A stretch of DNA of 62,681 nucleotides, the filler included. It is 4 parts of 4 records of this genome, joined end to end, with 100 filler letters (N's around TTAATTAATTAA, not from the genome) between each part and the next. Parts side by side here need not be neighbours in the genome. Positions count along the whole stretch, not along the records: positions 9,070 to 17,089 come from SRR22947725_6714; positions 17,190 to 46,036 come from SRR22947725_6721; 2 more parts are not named here. One strand, 5' to 3'. The notes beneath the pieces were generated by a model. The model saw nothing but the letters and a program-made list of their open reading frames with translations, did not search any database and had not been told where the DNA came from. Position 1 is the first letter of the stretch. Every line of letters begins with the position of its first letter. The position numbers and the translations under genes were made by a program. Below, piece by piece: positions 9,284-20,599 of this stretch.

Positions 9284-11827
9284 ATGTCAAAAATATTTAA
9301 ATCATTTATAGGATTAATCTTTATCCTAAGCTTTAGTTTCGCTACTTATTCGCAAAGCTTTGATGATCTATCTAATGTAAACTTTTCAGAACTAAATGAT
9401 AGTCAAATTGACTTATTATTGAGAAGAGCAGGATCTCAAGGTTATAATCAATTTGATCTTTTAAAAATGGCTAGAGCACAAGGATTTACTCAAGCGGATA
9501 TTGAAAATTTGGATAAAAGATTTAAATCTGCTCAAACTATTGCAAGAGTAGCTGAAAGTGCCTCAGCTCCATTGGAAGAAACTAGACTAAGAAAACAATG
9601 GCTTGAAAATATAGAGATTTTCAGAGAAAATGATAGTGATGTATTTGGATACAATGTTTTTACCGGGACAAGTTTTTTAAGTTTTCAATCTAATTTAAAT
9701 TTACCAACTCCTATGGATTATATTTTAGGAGCTGGAGATAAAATGTTTATCGATGTTTATGGTGAATCTGAAAGTTATTTTCAAGCTGAAATTAGCCCAG
9801 AAGGATATGCAATACTTGAAAATATAGGACCAGTAAATTTAAATGGTCTGTCTCTTGAAAAAGCAAAACTAAGATTAACAAATAGGTTTAAAAAAGTTTA
9901 TCCCGGTATACAAGCAAAAAAAACTTTTTTAAATATTTCGGTAGGAATTCCTCGAGCTATTAGAATAAATATCGCAGGTGAGGTTAATTTACCTGGAACT
10001 TATAATTTTAGTGCTTTTAATACCCTTTACAATGCTTTGTATGTTGCTGGAGGAATTACAGAAAATGCAACACTAAGAGATATTAAATTATTTAGAAACA
10101 ATAAACTCATCAGTACTGTTGATGTTTACAAATTTTTGACTGAGGGTGACGGCTCATCAAATGTAAGATTAGAAAATAATGATTTAATTTTAGTTAATAC
10201 TTATAGTAACAGGATTTCAATAGATGGCGCTGTTAAATCACCAGGAAAATTTGAAATGAAAGATGAAGAAACTCTTTTAGATCTTTTAAATTATGCAGGT
10301 GGACTTTCCGAAAATGCTTTCAAGAAATCAATTAAATTAACTAGAATAATTGATGGGCAGCTCAAGGTTGTTGATATTAATTCTGATCAGTTTGATTTTT
10401 TTAAGCCGATGGATGGAGATAAATATATGATTGAGAAAATTATTGAAAAATATAATAACAGAGTTATAGTGAACGGAGCTGTTTTTAGACCTGGAACTTT
10501 TTCTTTGACAGAAGAAATGACTGTTAAAAATTTAATCGATAAGGCAGAGGGATTAAAAACTGATGTATTTTTTGATAAGGCGTATATTACAAGAACCAAT
10601 GAAGATTATTCCACATCTACAATAGCTTTAAATCTTAAAGATGAATTGAAAAATCCAAACTTTATTCTTCAAGAAGAAGACGTTTTAAATATTTTATCAA
10701 TTAATGATTTAAGTGAAGAGAATTATATTGAAATTTCAGGTCAAGTAAACAATCCTGGAATATTTCCTTTTTCTAAAAACATTACTCTTTCAGATTTAAT
10801 TTTACTAGCTGGAGGTTTTAAAGAAAATGCGACTTCAAATAGAATAGAAATTAATAGAAGATTATCTTCAAATGAATTAAGTGAAAATAATATTTCTGAA
10901 ATTCTGACATTCGATTTAGACAAAAATCTAAATAATAATTCTACAATAATTGAGCCATTTGATCAAATTATAGTTCGAAAAAACCCAAATTTTTACACTC
11001 AACAATATGCACGAGTTGAGGGAGAGGTGATGTATCCAGGAAAATATGCTATTTCATCTAAAAACGAAAGAATTTCAGATTTAATAAATAGATCTGGCGG
11101 TTTTAAAAACATGGCCTATTTAAAAGGTGCAACTCTTATTAGATTAACTGAATTTGCCGAATTGCAATCTGATTTAAATAAAAAGATCAAAAGTTTAAAT
11201 GATTTAAAAAACAAGGTTTCAAATAAAGAGGGAGCTTTAACAGAGTCTGAACTTTTATTGATTGAAAGAATAGATGAAGATTTAAAAAATATTGAATCTA
11301 ATAAAAATGAGAATCAAATTCTTAGTAGTTATGCTAAATCAGAAAGAATCAATGAAATTTTAAAGAAAAACTCTGTTGATGGTGATATACCTATTTCAAA
11401 ATCTGAAGCTATAGGAATTGATTTAACTTCTATTGTTAATTCTCCTAGATCCAAATCAGATTTATTATTAAAGGAGGGCGATGTCATTATTATTCCAAAA
11501 AAACTAGAAACAGTAAGATTAAGAGGAGAACTTTTATATCCCACAACAGTAAGATTTGTTTCTAACAAAAGCTTAAAATATTATATAAATTCCTCTGGAG
11601 GTTTTGACAATAAAGCAAAACGTTCAGGAACCTATATAGTTTATGCTAATGGTGATGTAGCAAGGACAAAAAAGTTTTTATTTTTTAATATTTATCCAAA
11701 AGCTGAACCTGGTTCAGAAGTTATAGTTCCCAAAAAATCAATTAAAAATCCAATAGCTGCAAATCAATTATTAAACTTTACAACTGGTTTAGCAACTCTA
11801 ATATTGGCAATTAATCAAATTAATTAA
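9284..11827 (+). CDS. Polysaccharide export protein with multiple SLBB domains (Wza/KpsD-like)
   Basis: Signal peptide, DYILGAGD Poly_export motif, repeated GEV..PG.Y / AGG SLBB units, PGSEVIVP. Confidence 0.9.
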   Translation: MSKIFKSFIGLIFILSFSFATYSQSFDDLSNVNFSELNDSQIDLLLRRAGSQGYNQFDLLKMARAQGFTQADIENLDKRFKSAQTIARVAESASAPLEETRLRKQWLENIEIFRENDSDVFGYNVFTGTSFLSFQSNLNLPTPMDYILGAGDKMFIDVYGESESYFQAEISPEGYAILENIGPVNLNGLSLEKAKLRLTNRFKKVYPGIQAKKTFLNISVGIPRAIRINIAGEVNLPGTYNFSAFNTLYNALYVAGGITENATLRDIKLFRNNKLISTVDVYKFLTEGDGSSNVRLENNDLILVNTYSNRISIDGAVKSPGKFEMKDEETLLDLLNYAGGLSENAFKKSIKLTRIIDGQLKVVDINSDQFDFFKPMDGDKYMIEKIIEKYNNRVIVNGAVFRPGTFSLTEEMTVKNLIDKAEGLKTDVFFDKAYITRTNEDYSTSTIALNLKDELKNPNFILQEEDVLNILSINDLSEENYIEISGQVNNPGIFPFSKNITLSDLILLAGGFKENATSNRIEINRRLSSNELSENNISEILTFDLDKNLNNNSTIIEPFDQIIVRKNPNFYTQQYARVEGEVMYPGKYAISSKNERISDLINRSGGFKNMAYLKGATLIRLTEFAELQSDLNKKIKSLNDLKNKVSNKEGALTESELLLIERIDEDLKNIESNKNENQILSSYAKSERINEILKKNSVDGDIPISKSEAIGIDLTSIVNSPRSKSDLLLKEGDVIIIPKKLETVRLRGELLYPTTVRFVSNKSLKYYINSSGGFDNKAKRSGTYIVYANGDVARTKKFLFFNIYPKAEPGSEVIVPKKSIKNPIAANQLLNFTTGLATLILAINQIN

Positions 11828-11828
11828 A

Positions 11829-12890
11829 GTGAGTACTGAAAATAATTATTCAAACGACAAGATTTCATTAAGTTTTCTTATAAGCGGATTAAAGGAATGG
11901 TTTAGTTTTTTGATTGCTAAGAAAAATTTTATTGTATTAGTTACATCCTCTATTTTATTTTTCACTATCTCATTTAATTATTTATTAAATCCAGTACATT
12001 ATGCAAGGACTACTTTTGTTTTAGATAACGACAGTACTAGTTCAATGGGAGATTTGAGCTCTTTAGCTTCACTTGCAGGAATCAATGCATCTAGTTTTAT
12101 TGAAGCTTCCAGTCTTTTCCAAATTGACAATATTCAAGAGCTTTACAGATCCAACTCAATGATCAAAAAAACTTTATTATCAAAATCTATGATTGATAAT
12201 AAAGATATTTTAATAATTGAAAGATTTATTAAAGCTGAGAATCTCAAAAAAAAATGGACTAGTCTTGGATTCAATGTTAATGACTTACGTCCTAATAAAA
12301 CATCTAGAGTTCAAGACAGTTTGATTAAGGGTCTTGTAAAGCTTATAAAAAAAGAATATTTACTAGTTGATAAGCCAAGTAGAAAAACCACTATTTTAGA
12401 AATAGGATTTGATCACAAAGACGAGGTATTGGCTAAAATTTTTAATGAAAATTTGGTTAAAATTGTTAATGAATTTTATCATAAAACTAAAACTCTTAAA
12501 ACAGGTTCAAATCTTAACATATTACAAAGGCAATCCGATAGTGTAAAAATAGTTTTAGACAGCTCAATTATGATTTTAGCTGAAACAGATCAGAATATCC
12601 CAAATCCAAATCCACTTTCAAAAGTGAATTTAGTTCCATATCAAAAAGCTATGATTGATGTACAAGCCAATAGTGCTATATATCAAGAACTTTTAAAGCA
12701 ACTTGAACTGGCTAAGGTTACTCATAGAAATAACATGCCTTTAATTCAGGTTATAGACAAGCCCAGTTATCCTCTAGACAATTCTAGGTGGAAATTGTTT
12801 AAAACACTGATTTATGGTTTAATTTTTGGTTTTTCTTTTTCTATTTTTTCTTTATCATTAAAAAGAACTGTGGAATCTCTTAAGTTATAA
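11829..12890 (+). CDS. Polysaccharide chain-length determinant (Wzz-like co-polymerase)
   Basis: Two terminal TM helices, LSSLASLAGI, coiled coil, IQVIDKP. Confidence 0.8.
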   Translation: MSTENNYSNDKISLSFLISGLKEWFSFLIAKKNFIVLVTSSILFFTISFNYLLNPVHYARTTFVLDNDSTSSMGDLSSLASLAGINASSFIEASSLFQIDNIQELYRSNSMIKKTLLSKSMIDNKDILIIERFIKAENLKKKWTSLGFNVNDLRPNKTSRVQDSLIKGLVKLIKKEYLLVDKPSRKTTILEIGFDHKDEVLAKIFNENLVKIVNEFYHKTKTLKTGSNLNILQRQSDSVKIVLDSSIMILAETDQNIPNPNPLSKVNLVPYQKAMIDVQANSAIYQELLKQLELAKVTHRNNMPLIQVIDKPSYPLDNSRWKLFKTLIYGLIFGFSFSIFSLSLKRTVESLKL

Positions 12891-12907
12891 TTTTCATATT
12901 CATTCAA

Positions 12908-14149
12908 ATGAATAAAAAGAGTAAGAATATTTTTATTAAAAACTTTACTAATCTTTCTCTAAATCAAGGAATAAATATTTTAATAGCTATTGTCGCTACA
13001 CCAATTCTATTTCAAAACCTTGGCGACAGCCAATTTGGATTAGTCAATTTAGCATTTTCAATATTTATGTTGATTTCTATTGTTGTTAGCTATGGTTATC
13101 ACTTAAATGGACCTAAGCAAATTTCTTTGTTAAATAAGCTTGAAAAGGAAGCGGATACAATAAAAGATATAGTATCTCTAAGACTATTTATAGCAATAAT
13201 TATATCAATAGTAATAATAGCCTTAATCTATCTAACTGATTTTTTTAATGGTTATGAGTTAATTATACTTTTTTCAATTCCGATTTTATTTAGTGAGGCT
13301 ATTCATCCTGTTTTTTATTTACAAGGAAAAAATAATTTATCAGTATTAGCAATACTTAATGCTTTTTCAAAACTATTTTATTTAGGATTAATAATTTTAA
13401 GTATTAAAAATCAAAATGACGCTTTTAAAGTTAATTTACTTTATGGATCAGTTTTGTCATTAGTATTTCTGGTTTATTGGGGTTTGTTTTTTTATAAGAA
13501 TAAATTAAAATTTAATTTCGTTGATTTAGATAAAATAAAATTTAGATTCAAAGATAATTTTCAATTTTTCATGTCCTCTGTTGCTGGGCACATATCAATT
13601 CACAGTGGAATAATTATACTTAAATTATTTGTAAACAATTCTGAACTTGGAAAATTCGCTTTAGCTAATAAAATAGCTTTTTTAATTAGAATGATACCTG
13701 TGTTTATAGTTCAATCCGTTTTACAAAATGCTTCAATTATAAATCAAAACAATCCTCTTACCTTAAAAAAGTATTTAAATTATTATTTTAAAAGAGGTTT
13801 GATTTTAACTTTTATAACAGGTTTGTTTTTTACAATTTTTTCGAAATGGATTATAATTATATTTTCTGGCCAAGAAATAATTTATTCAAATCAGATACTA
13901 AGTGTATTATCGTTTATTCCTTTTTTAGCAATGTTAAATTTTAAAAACATTTTATTAATTCTAGTTAATGAAAAAAAAGAAATATTAAATAAAGCAACAT
14001 GGATTTCATTATTTATAACGCTTCCATTGGCATTTGTTTTAAGTTTCTATTATAAAGGTTTTGGACTGGCTGTAGCACTATTAATTTCAGAATTCAGTAG
14101 CTTTATAGTTCATACAATCTTATTATCTAAATCTAATGTCTCCAAATAA
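12908..14149 (+). CDS. wzx: Oligosaccharide flippase (Wzx)
   Basis: Multi-TM MOP-type protein, PILFQNLG..QFG motif, context. Confidence 0.85.
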   Translation: MNKKSKNIFIKNFTNLSLNQGINILIAIVATPILFQNLGDSQFGLVNLAFSIFMLISIVVSYGYHLNGPKQISLLNKLEKEADTIKDIVSLRLFIAIIISIVIIALIYLTDFFNGYELIILFSIPILFSEAIHPVFYLQGKNNLSVLAILNAFSKLFYLGLIILSIKNQNDAFKVNLLYGSVLSLVFLVYWGLFFYKNKLKFNFVDLDKIKFRFKDNFQFFMSSVAGHISIHSGIIILKLFVNNSELGKFALANKIAFLIRMIPVFIVQSVLQNASIINQNNPLTLKKYLNYYFKRGLILTFITGLFFTIFSKWIIIIFSGQEIIYSNQILSVLSFIPFLAMLNFKNILLILVNEKKEILNKATWISLFITLPLAFVLSFYYKGFGLAVALLISEFSSFIVHTILLSKSNVSK

Positions 14150-15026
14150 AAAATTAGCCATAATTATAGTTAATTGGAAACAATACGATTTAACTAAAAA
14201 GTGTTTAATTTCCGTTAGTAAAGTAAAGTTCGAAAATTATAAAATCATTTTAGTTGATAATGAATCGAATGAAAAAAATTTAAATCTCTTATTAAATGAT
14301 TTTAACAAACTAAAAGTAATAAAGAATAAATCAAATTTAGGATTTGGTGTAGCTAACAATCAAGCCATTAATTATGCTTTGGATGAGAATTATGACTATG
14401 TGATGTTGTTAAATAATGATACTGAGGTGGATATAAATTTTATTTCTCCGCTAATTAATAAAATTGAAAAAAATAATTCTATTGGCGGTGTTCAACCTCT
14501 TATTATGAATTATTTTAATAGAGATTTAATTTGGAGTGCAGGTGGATATCTAAATAAATTTTTTGGAAATACAACAACTAATAAATCACTTAGGAAAAAA
14601 TTGAATTTGGACTGGATTACAGGCTGTTGTATGCTTTTAAAAATAGATGTTATAAAAAAAACTAAATTATTGGACGAAAACTTTTTTGCATATTACGAAG
14701 ATGTAGACTGGTCAATTAGAATAAAAGATTTAGGGTATACTTTAGAATTAGTTGATAAAAGTCTGGTTTACCATCATGGCTCAATATCTTCAAACAACTC
14801 GTCTTCTGAAGGCAAATTGTCTTCTTATGTTCATTATTTAAATTTTAAAAATCATATATATCTTTTAAGAAAACACATTGAAAAATTTAATCTTTTTGGA
14901 GTGATTTTATATCAGATTTTAAAGCTTATTTTTTATTCAATATATTTTATTTTAAGATTTAGGTTCAAGAAATTTAAAATGATATTTAGAGGATTAATTG
15001 ATGGAATGAAAATTAAAGTTTCATGA
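14136..15026 (+). CDS. Glycosyltransferase family 2
   Basis: IIIVNW, ILVDNES, NLGFGVANN, LLNNDT, YYEDVDW. Confidence 0.92.
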   Translation: MSPNKKLAIIIVNWKQYDLTKKCLISVSKVKFENYKIILVDNESNEKNLNLLLNDFNKLKVIKNKSNLGFGVANNQAINYALDENYDYVMLLNNDTEVDINFISPLINKIEKNNSIGGVQPLIMNYFNRDLIWSAGGYLNKFFGNTTTNKSLRKKLNLDWITGCCMLLKIDVIKKTKLLDENFFAYYEDVDWSIRIKDLGYTLELVDKSLVYHHGSISSNNSSSEGKLSSYVHYLNFKNHIYLLRKHIEKFNLFGVILYQILKLIFYSIYFILRFRFKKFKMIFRGLIDGMKIKVS

Positions 15027-16399
15027 TTTTATTAGCCACTTTACTTTTATTAATATACGTAGCCTTTTCAGGGTTAATACTTAGTCAAATATATAAAGGA
15101 AATGCAGCTTACTTATTACTCTATATTATTTGTTTTTTACCTTTTTACTCTGTTTTTCAATTAATAATCTTTAATGCTTTTGAAAACACATTACTTGTAA
15201 ATAGCATCAAGTATTCAAAGGATTTTATTTTTTATTCAAGTTTTATATTATTCTTATTAGGAAGTAATAAATCTATTTTACAAAAAACATTTAGTTTTTC
15301 AGCCCTTGATAAATTAATACTAATTTTTTTAATGTTAGTTATTGTTTATTTAATAATTCCATTAGGAGAAGCTAATTTTTTGTCTAAACTGATTTATGCT
15401 AAGAACATATTTTTAATTGGGATTTTATATTTTTTTGGACGTAATTCCAATTTTAAAATTGAAAACTGGAATTTAGTTTTAAAAACCTTGATTGGCTTAA
15501 GCCTGTTTGCATTTTTAATTTCGTTTTTAGAAAGTTTAGTCGGAATTCATTTGCATTCTTTTTTAGGATATTCCGAATATAATCTTGTGATTAATGATAT
15601 TGATCCGCAAGGGAATTTTGGATTAAATTGGTCTTTTGAGGGTCAAGGAGCTGTACCAAGATATGCTTCCTTTTTTGCTGATCCTTTAGAATTTTCAGCT
15701 TCATTGATTCTTTTCTTTGCCATATCTATTTGGTTCTTTCTGCATTCTAAACTCAGAGAAATTAAATTTCTTTCGTTATTTTTAGCTTTAATAATTGTTT
15801 TTTCTTTTTTCTTATCATTTTCAAGAGCGTCTATGTTTTCAGCGATTTTGATGTTAGTTTTTGGACTTTACTTGTCTAGAAATTATACAATTATTTTTTC
15901 GTCATTATTTATTGTTATTGTAGGATTTGTTTATGTGTATTTTTTCTCTAGTGATGATTTAAGATTTTTTATTCAAGACACAATAACCTTTCAAAACACG
16001 TCTAGTTTAGGCCATTTAATTGAGTGGATTGAAGGCTTACTTTCAATTTATGAAAACCCGTTTGGAGTAGGGCTGGCTATGAGTGGAAATGCAAGTGGAG
16101 TGGATCAAACAATTAAAATTGGTGGAGAAAATCAATTTCTAATTTATGGAGTTCAAATGGGTGTAATTTCAATGGTTATCTATTTTTTGATACTAATTAA
16201 ATCTATTTATAATTCCTCTAAACTATATCTAAATTCTAATAACATAAATTACAAATCAGTTGGATTTATTACAGCTTTAACAAAATTTGGACTTTTAATT
16301 CCACTTTTTACAGCTAATGCTGAGTTATATCTTTTTGTAGCATTTTTTTCTTGGTATCTTGTAGGTCAATCCGAAAGGCTATATAACACAAAATTATAA
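15023..16399 (+). CDS. O-antigen polymerase/ligase family protein (Wzy/WaaL-like)
   Basis: Multi-TM, SFSRAS, ENPFGVG, periplasmic loop; context. Confidence 0.75.
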   Translation: MILLATLLLLIYVAFSGLILSQIYKGNAAYLLLYIICFLPFYSVFQLIIFNAFENTLLVNSIKYSKDFIFYSSFILFLLGSNKSILQKTFSFSALDKLILIFLMLVIVYLIIPLGEANFLSKLIYAKNIFLIGILYFFGRNSNFKIENWNLVLKTLIGLSLFAFLISFLESLVGIHLHSFLGYSEYNLVINDIDPQGNFGLNWSFEGQGAVPRYASFFADPLEFSASLILFFAISIWFFLHSKLREIKFLSLFLALIIVFSFFLSFSRASMFSAILMLVFGLYLSRNYTIIFSSLFIVIVGFVYVYFFSSDDLRFFIQDTITFQNTSSLGHLIEWIEGLLSIYENPFGVGLAMSGNASGVDQTIKIGGENQFLIYGVQMGVISMVIYFLILIKSIYNSSKLYLNSNNINYKSVGFITALTKFGLLIPLFTANAELYLFVAFFSWYLVGQSERLYNTKL

Positions 16400-16400
16400 T

Positions 16401-17089
16401 TTGAAAAAGATTACAGTCCTTGTTGATATATACTATTTAAAAGCTGCTGTTGCTGGTATTGGAAGTTATATAAGAGAATTTGAAGCTTCATCTAATGATC
16501 ACGGCTCTAATGATTTCAAGTACGTGTTTACACACGATATTAATAAATTAGTTGGAAACTCTGTTTTTTTAAATTCTAACAATAAAATTATAAGATGGAT
16601 CTTTCAAATTAGATATTTAATATATAAACAAGTTAAGTTACCCCTGAAAATACTTTTTTCTAAAGCGGATTATGTTATTTGTCCTGATTATGTAGCACCT
16701 CTAATTACATTTAATGCAAAAAGAATTACTGTACTGCACGATTCACTTTTTTGGGATCAAAAAAATAATTACAGTGTTTTGTGGAGGAAATATTTTATTA
16801 CTCTAATTAATTTAGGGATGAATAGTAGGACCCAAATTGTTACTACAAGTAATTATTCTAAAAACAACTTAATTAAAATTTTTCGAAATAATAGAAATAT
16901 TAATTTTGTTTACCAAAGCTTTAATTTCCATAAAACTACATCCTCTAATTATAAAACACCCGAAAATTACTTATTACACATAGGGTCATTTGAAAAAAGA
17001 AAAGATTTAATTACTCTAATAAAAGCGTTTAAATTAGTTAAAGACGATAGCTTAAAATTAGTATTGGCTGGAGCACAAATAATTAATGG
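16401..17089 (+). CDS. Glycosyltransferase family 4, 3'-truncated by contig end
   Basis: TVLHD, SNYSK, IGSFEKRKDL, LVLAG; TTG start. Confidence 0.85.
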
Positions 17090-17189
17090 NNNNNNNNNNN
17101 NNNNNNNNNNNNNNNNNNNNNNNNNNNNNNNNNTTAATTAATTAANNNNNNNNNNNNNNNNNNNNNNNNNNNNNNNNNNNNNNNNNNNN
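17090..17189. other. Artificial contig spacer
   Basis: N44-TTAATTAATTAA-N44. Confidence 0.98.
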
Positions 17190-17511
17190 GACTTCGCTTA
17201 AACAACAAGCCCGGTTATATGATATCTTAGAGTCACATTTTGGTGTTAAAGATATATATGTGTCAGGCATTCCACCTATAAAATATTTTCCACTCCTACC
17301 ACAGCCACTCCGTTGGTTTCTTGGGCGCCGTGCAGACAGATTTGATCATTGGTTAGCTGCATTAATAAATAATAGGCACAATTGTTTTCATATTCCTATA
17401 AACTTCCCTCATGACAGTTCGCTAATGGCATCAGACGGTTACCATCCAAAAGCTGGTGTTTATGCTCAATGGGCCAGTTGGGTTGCAGAAAAAATTAAAA
17501 ACAGACATTAA
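17190..17511 (+). CDS. SGNH/GDSL hydrolase, C-terminal fragment
   Basis: ASDGYHP (DxxH block V), LPQPLRWFLG. Confidence 0.8.
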
Positions 17512-17606
17512 TTATAATCACTATAAGGATGTGATTTTTTACATATACGATAGCTATTATGCTTAGACGTATGTAATAAACGAATTTTATATTATCGGAA
17601 AATAAA

Positions 17607-19004
17607 ATGTCATTTTTAGCAAATCCAATTGCTCTAGTTATTTTCGTTATGATTACTTGTTTTATAAGTTTAATTATATCAAATCGGTCTGTAACTGTTG
17701 AAAGTTTTTTTGATGGTAAAGATGTTGGTGTTGAACCCAGCCTTTGGACTCTAGTTTTAAGCCAAGTCACAACATGGATTTTTGCAAGATCTTTGATGAA
17801 TGCTGCAATACTGGGATTTTTTTATGGTTTAGCAGGAACGTTAGCCTACACATTTTATTATATTTCATTTCTAACTGGTGGCTTTATTGTTGCACGAATT
17901 CGTAAAGAAAAAGCTAGCTCTGTTCAGCAATGGATTAGGAATTATTTTGGAAGAGTTGGCTCTTGGACTTACAATTCATTGATCGTAATGCGCTTATTAT
18001 CAGAAGTATTTGCAAATTTAATAGTGATTGGGCTTATCTTTTCGGCAGCATTTCCAGATTTTAAAATGTCAGGCCAAATTTCAATTATCATACTTGGAAT
18101 TGTAGGCTTGTTATATTCATTAAAAGGTGGATTACAAGTAAGTCTGAGGACTGACGTATTTCAAATGGCAGTATTTCTAGTAATTTTTAGCATTGCTTTT
18201 ATTTACATGATTTTTGGCTCTGATTTCTCCTTCAATTCTATTTTGCAGTCTACTGGAGTCCATGAGCAAGCTGCTAGACCAGGTTACGTTTTGATTTATG
18301 TTGCTTTACTACAAGTTTTTTCATATCCAGCACATGACCCAGTTATGATGGACCGTGGATTTATAGCAAATCAAAATAAAACTAACTATAGCTTCATTCT
18401 AGCTTTTCTACTTTCAACATTTTGTATTTTTGGTTTTGGTATGTTTGGAATTCAAGCAGGTTTAATCGGGTATGCATATGAAAATCAACTTCTGGGAACT
18501 TGGCAAAATATGTTTGGGCCTAGTGTATATTTTTTATTAATATGTTCATTATTAGTATCTGCGATGAGCACCTTAGATAGCGCTTTGGCTTCATCAGCAA
18601 GGCTTGTAATAGATGAATTTTACATTTTTAAACGTAGTATAAAAAACGGTCGAGTTGCGATGAGTACATTCATGGCCTTTGGCCTATTATTTACTTTATT
18701 TCCAAGTCAAAGTTTATTTGATGCAGTTGCTGTCACAGGAACTGCATCAATGTTTCTAACACCTGTTATGATTGTAACATTTTTAGGGGGCAAAATACCT
18801 ATTTGGGCTTATACAATTACATGGTTTTTTTCTATGATTGGAGCCTTTGCATACATATTTCGAGATATTGAAACAATTACGTATCTATTGCCTGGTCTGC
18901 ACAAATATGACCAACTCCTCTCGATTTGTTTGTATATCATTGTATTTGGGTTTTGCATTTGTTTTATTGGGGCCCTTTCAAATCGATTTCTTGCAAAGGC
19001 TTAA
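17607..19004 (+). CDS. Sodium:solute symporter family protein
   Basis: Multi-TM, YSLKGG...TD, SAMSTLDS motifs. Confidence 0.85.
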   Translation: MSFLANPIALVIFVMITCFISLIISNRSVTVESFFDGKDVGVEPSLWTLVLSQVTTWIFARSLMNAAILGFFYGLAGTLAYTFYYISFLTGGFIVARIRKEKASSVQQWIRNYFGRVGSWTYNSLIVMRLLSEVFANLIVIGLIFSAAFPDFKMSGQISIIILGIVGLLYSLKGGLQVSLRTDVFQMAVFLVIFSIAFIYMIFGSDFSFNSILQSTGVHEQAARPGYVLIYVALLQVFSYPAHDPVMMDRGFIANQNKTNYSFILAFLLSTFCIFGFGMFGIQAGLIGYAYENQLLGTWQNMFGPSVYFLLICSLLVSAMSTLDSALASSARLVIDEFYIFKRSIKNGRVAMSTFMAFGLLFTLFPSQSLFDAVAVTGTASMFLTPVMIVTFLGGKIPIWAYTITWFFSMIGAFAYIFRDIETITYLLPGLHKYDQLLSICLYIIVFGFCICFIGALSNRFLAKA

Positions 19005-19066
19005 GCTGATTGATAAAAAGTTATATTCCTGATTAATTCACTCAGAAAACTACATAAGAGGTCATA

Positions 19067-20146
19067 TTGGACAACAAAGAAGTACAATTAGAATTATGTA
19101 ATATTGTTCGCAATTTTGATGGCCGCATTGTAGTTAATGGCGTTTCATTAAGTTTACGTGCAGGGGAAGTTACATGTTTATTGGGACCTTCAGGTTGTGG
19201 TAAATCTACAAGCCTCAGAATTGCCGCCGGCGTAGACCGACAAAATAGTGGACAAGTAATGGTTGCAAATGAAGTGGCTAGTTCAGATAGTTTGCATCTT
19301 CCACCTGAAAGTCGCGGTATAGGATTAATGTTTCAAGATTTTGCATTATTTCCCCATCTCAATGTCATGAGAAATGTAGCTTTTGGTTTAAGTGGTTCAA
19401 AGGAAAAAGTAAGATTAAGAGTATTTGATATGCTTAAAAGAGTTGGTATGACTGATATGGCAAATCAATATCCTCACCAATTGTCTGGAGGAGAACAGCA
19501 AAGAATTGCATTAGCGCGTGCTTTGGCTCCTAGCCCACAAGTATTACTTATGGATGAGCCATTTTCAGGGCTAGATAATAGATTACGTGATGAAGTCAGA
19601 GATAGTACCTTGGCTTTATTAAAAGATGAAGGCACTGCAGTATTACTAGTTACTCATGAACCTGAAGAGGCTATGAGGATGGCTGATCAAATAGCTTTAA
19701 TGCGAGATGGTCAAATTATTCAGGTTGGTGCACCTTATAATATTTATAATGCCCCAATAGATCGTGGAGCAGCTGAATTTTTTAGTGACATTAATGTTAT
19801 TAGAGGTGAAGTGAAGGGATCTTTGACTAAAACACCTTTTGGTGAATTTTTAACCCCTGGCTATAAGGACCAAACTAAACTTGATATTGTAATTAGGCCA
19901 CAACATTTAAAAATTGATTTTGATAGAGCTGGCCGAGGTCCCAATCCAACACTTGAAGATGGTACCCCCGCTAGAGGAATGGTTATAAGAGCTCGATTTA
20001 TGGGGCAGAATTCATTAGTTGAATTTGCGATGGATTATGAAGATGTTTGTTTAAAAGTAATAGTCCCAGGAGTATTCCTTCCTAAATCTGGCACGCCTTT
20101 GTGGCTGTCGGTTCGTAGAGATAGATGTTTTGTCTTTGCTAGTTAG
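19067..20146 (+). CDS. ABC transporter ATP-binding protein (FbpC/PotA-like)
   Basis: GPSGCGKS, FQDFALFPH, LSGGEQQR, LMDEPF; TTG start. Confidence 0.9.
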   Translation: MDNKEVQLELCNIVRNFDGRIVVNGVSLSLRAGEVTCLLGPSGCGKSTSLRIAAGVDRQNSGQVMVANEVASSDSLHLPPESRGIGLMFQDFALFPHLNVMRNVAFGLSGSKEKVRLRVFDMLKRVGMTDMANQYPHQLSGGEQQRIALARALAPSPQVLLMDEPFSGLDNRLRDEVRDSTLALLKDEGTAVLLVTHEPEEAMRMADQIALMRDGQIIQVGAPYNIYNAPIDRGAAEFFSDINVIRGEVKGSLTKTPFGEFLTPGYKDQTKLDIVIRPQHLKIDFDRAGRGPNPTLEDGTPARGMVIRARFMGQNSLVEFAMDYEDVCLKVIVPGVFLPKSGTPLWLSVRRDRCFVFAS

Positions 20147-20324
20147 ATAATAAGTATAAATTTTTATTATAAAATTTGTAAATTTCATATTATAATAATA
20201 ATTAAATGAAATATTGGTAATTATATTGCATATAAGATTTGAACTTTGATAAAAAATCACTCATTGTCTAAAACGAATATGATTGCAGACTGATTTACTG
20301 ATTCACTTATACTGGAGTATTTAA

Positions 20325-20573
20325 ATGTACATGACTTTAACACCTTTATTCATCCAAAATATTGGCCTACCTGGAATATTACTCATTGCAGTTGTCGTTC
20401 TGGTTATGTTTGGGCGAGGAAAAATTTCGAATCTTATGGGTGAAGTAGGTAAGGGAATTACTGCATTCAAAAAAGGAGTATCTGAAGGTAAAGAAGGTTT
20501 AGAAGAGTCGATAGATGAAGCTGCCGAAGCTGCCAAAGATGTAACTCCAAAAGATAAAAAAAATAAAAAATAA
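20325..20573 (+). CDS. tatA: Twin-arginine translocase TatA
   Basis: TM then FGRGKI...GKGITAFKKG. Confidence 0.95.
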   Translation: MYMTLTPLFIQNIGLPGILLIAVVVLVMFGRGKISNLMGEVGKGITAFKKGVSEGKEGLEESIDEAAEAAKDVTPKDKKNKK

Positions 20574-20599
20574 ATTATTAATGATAAGATTGAAATCTG

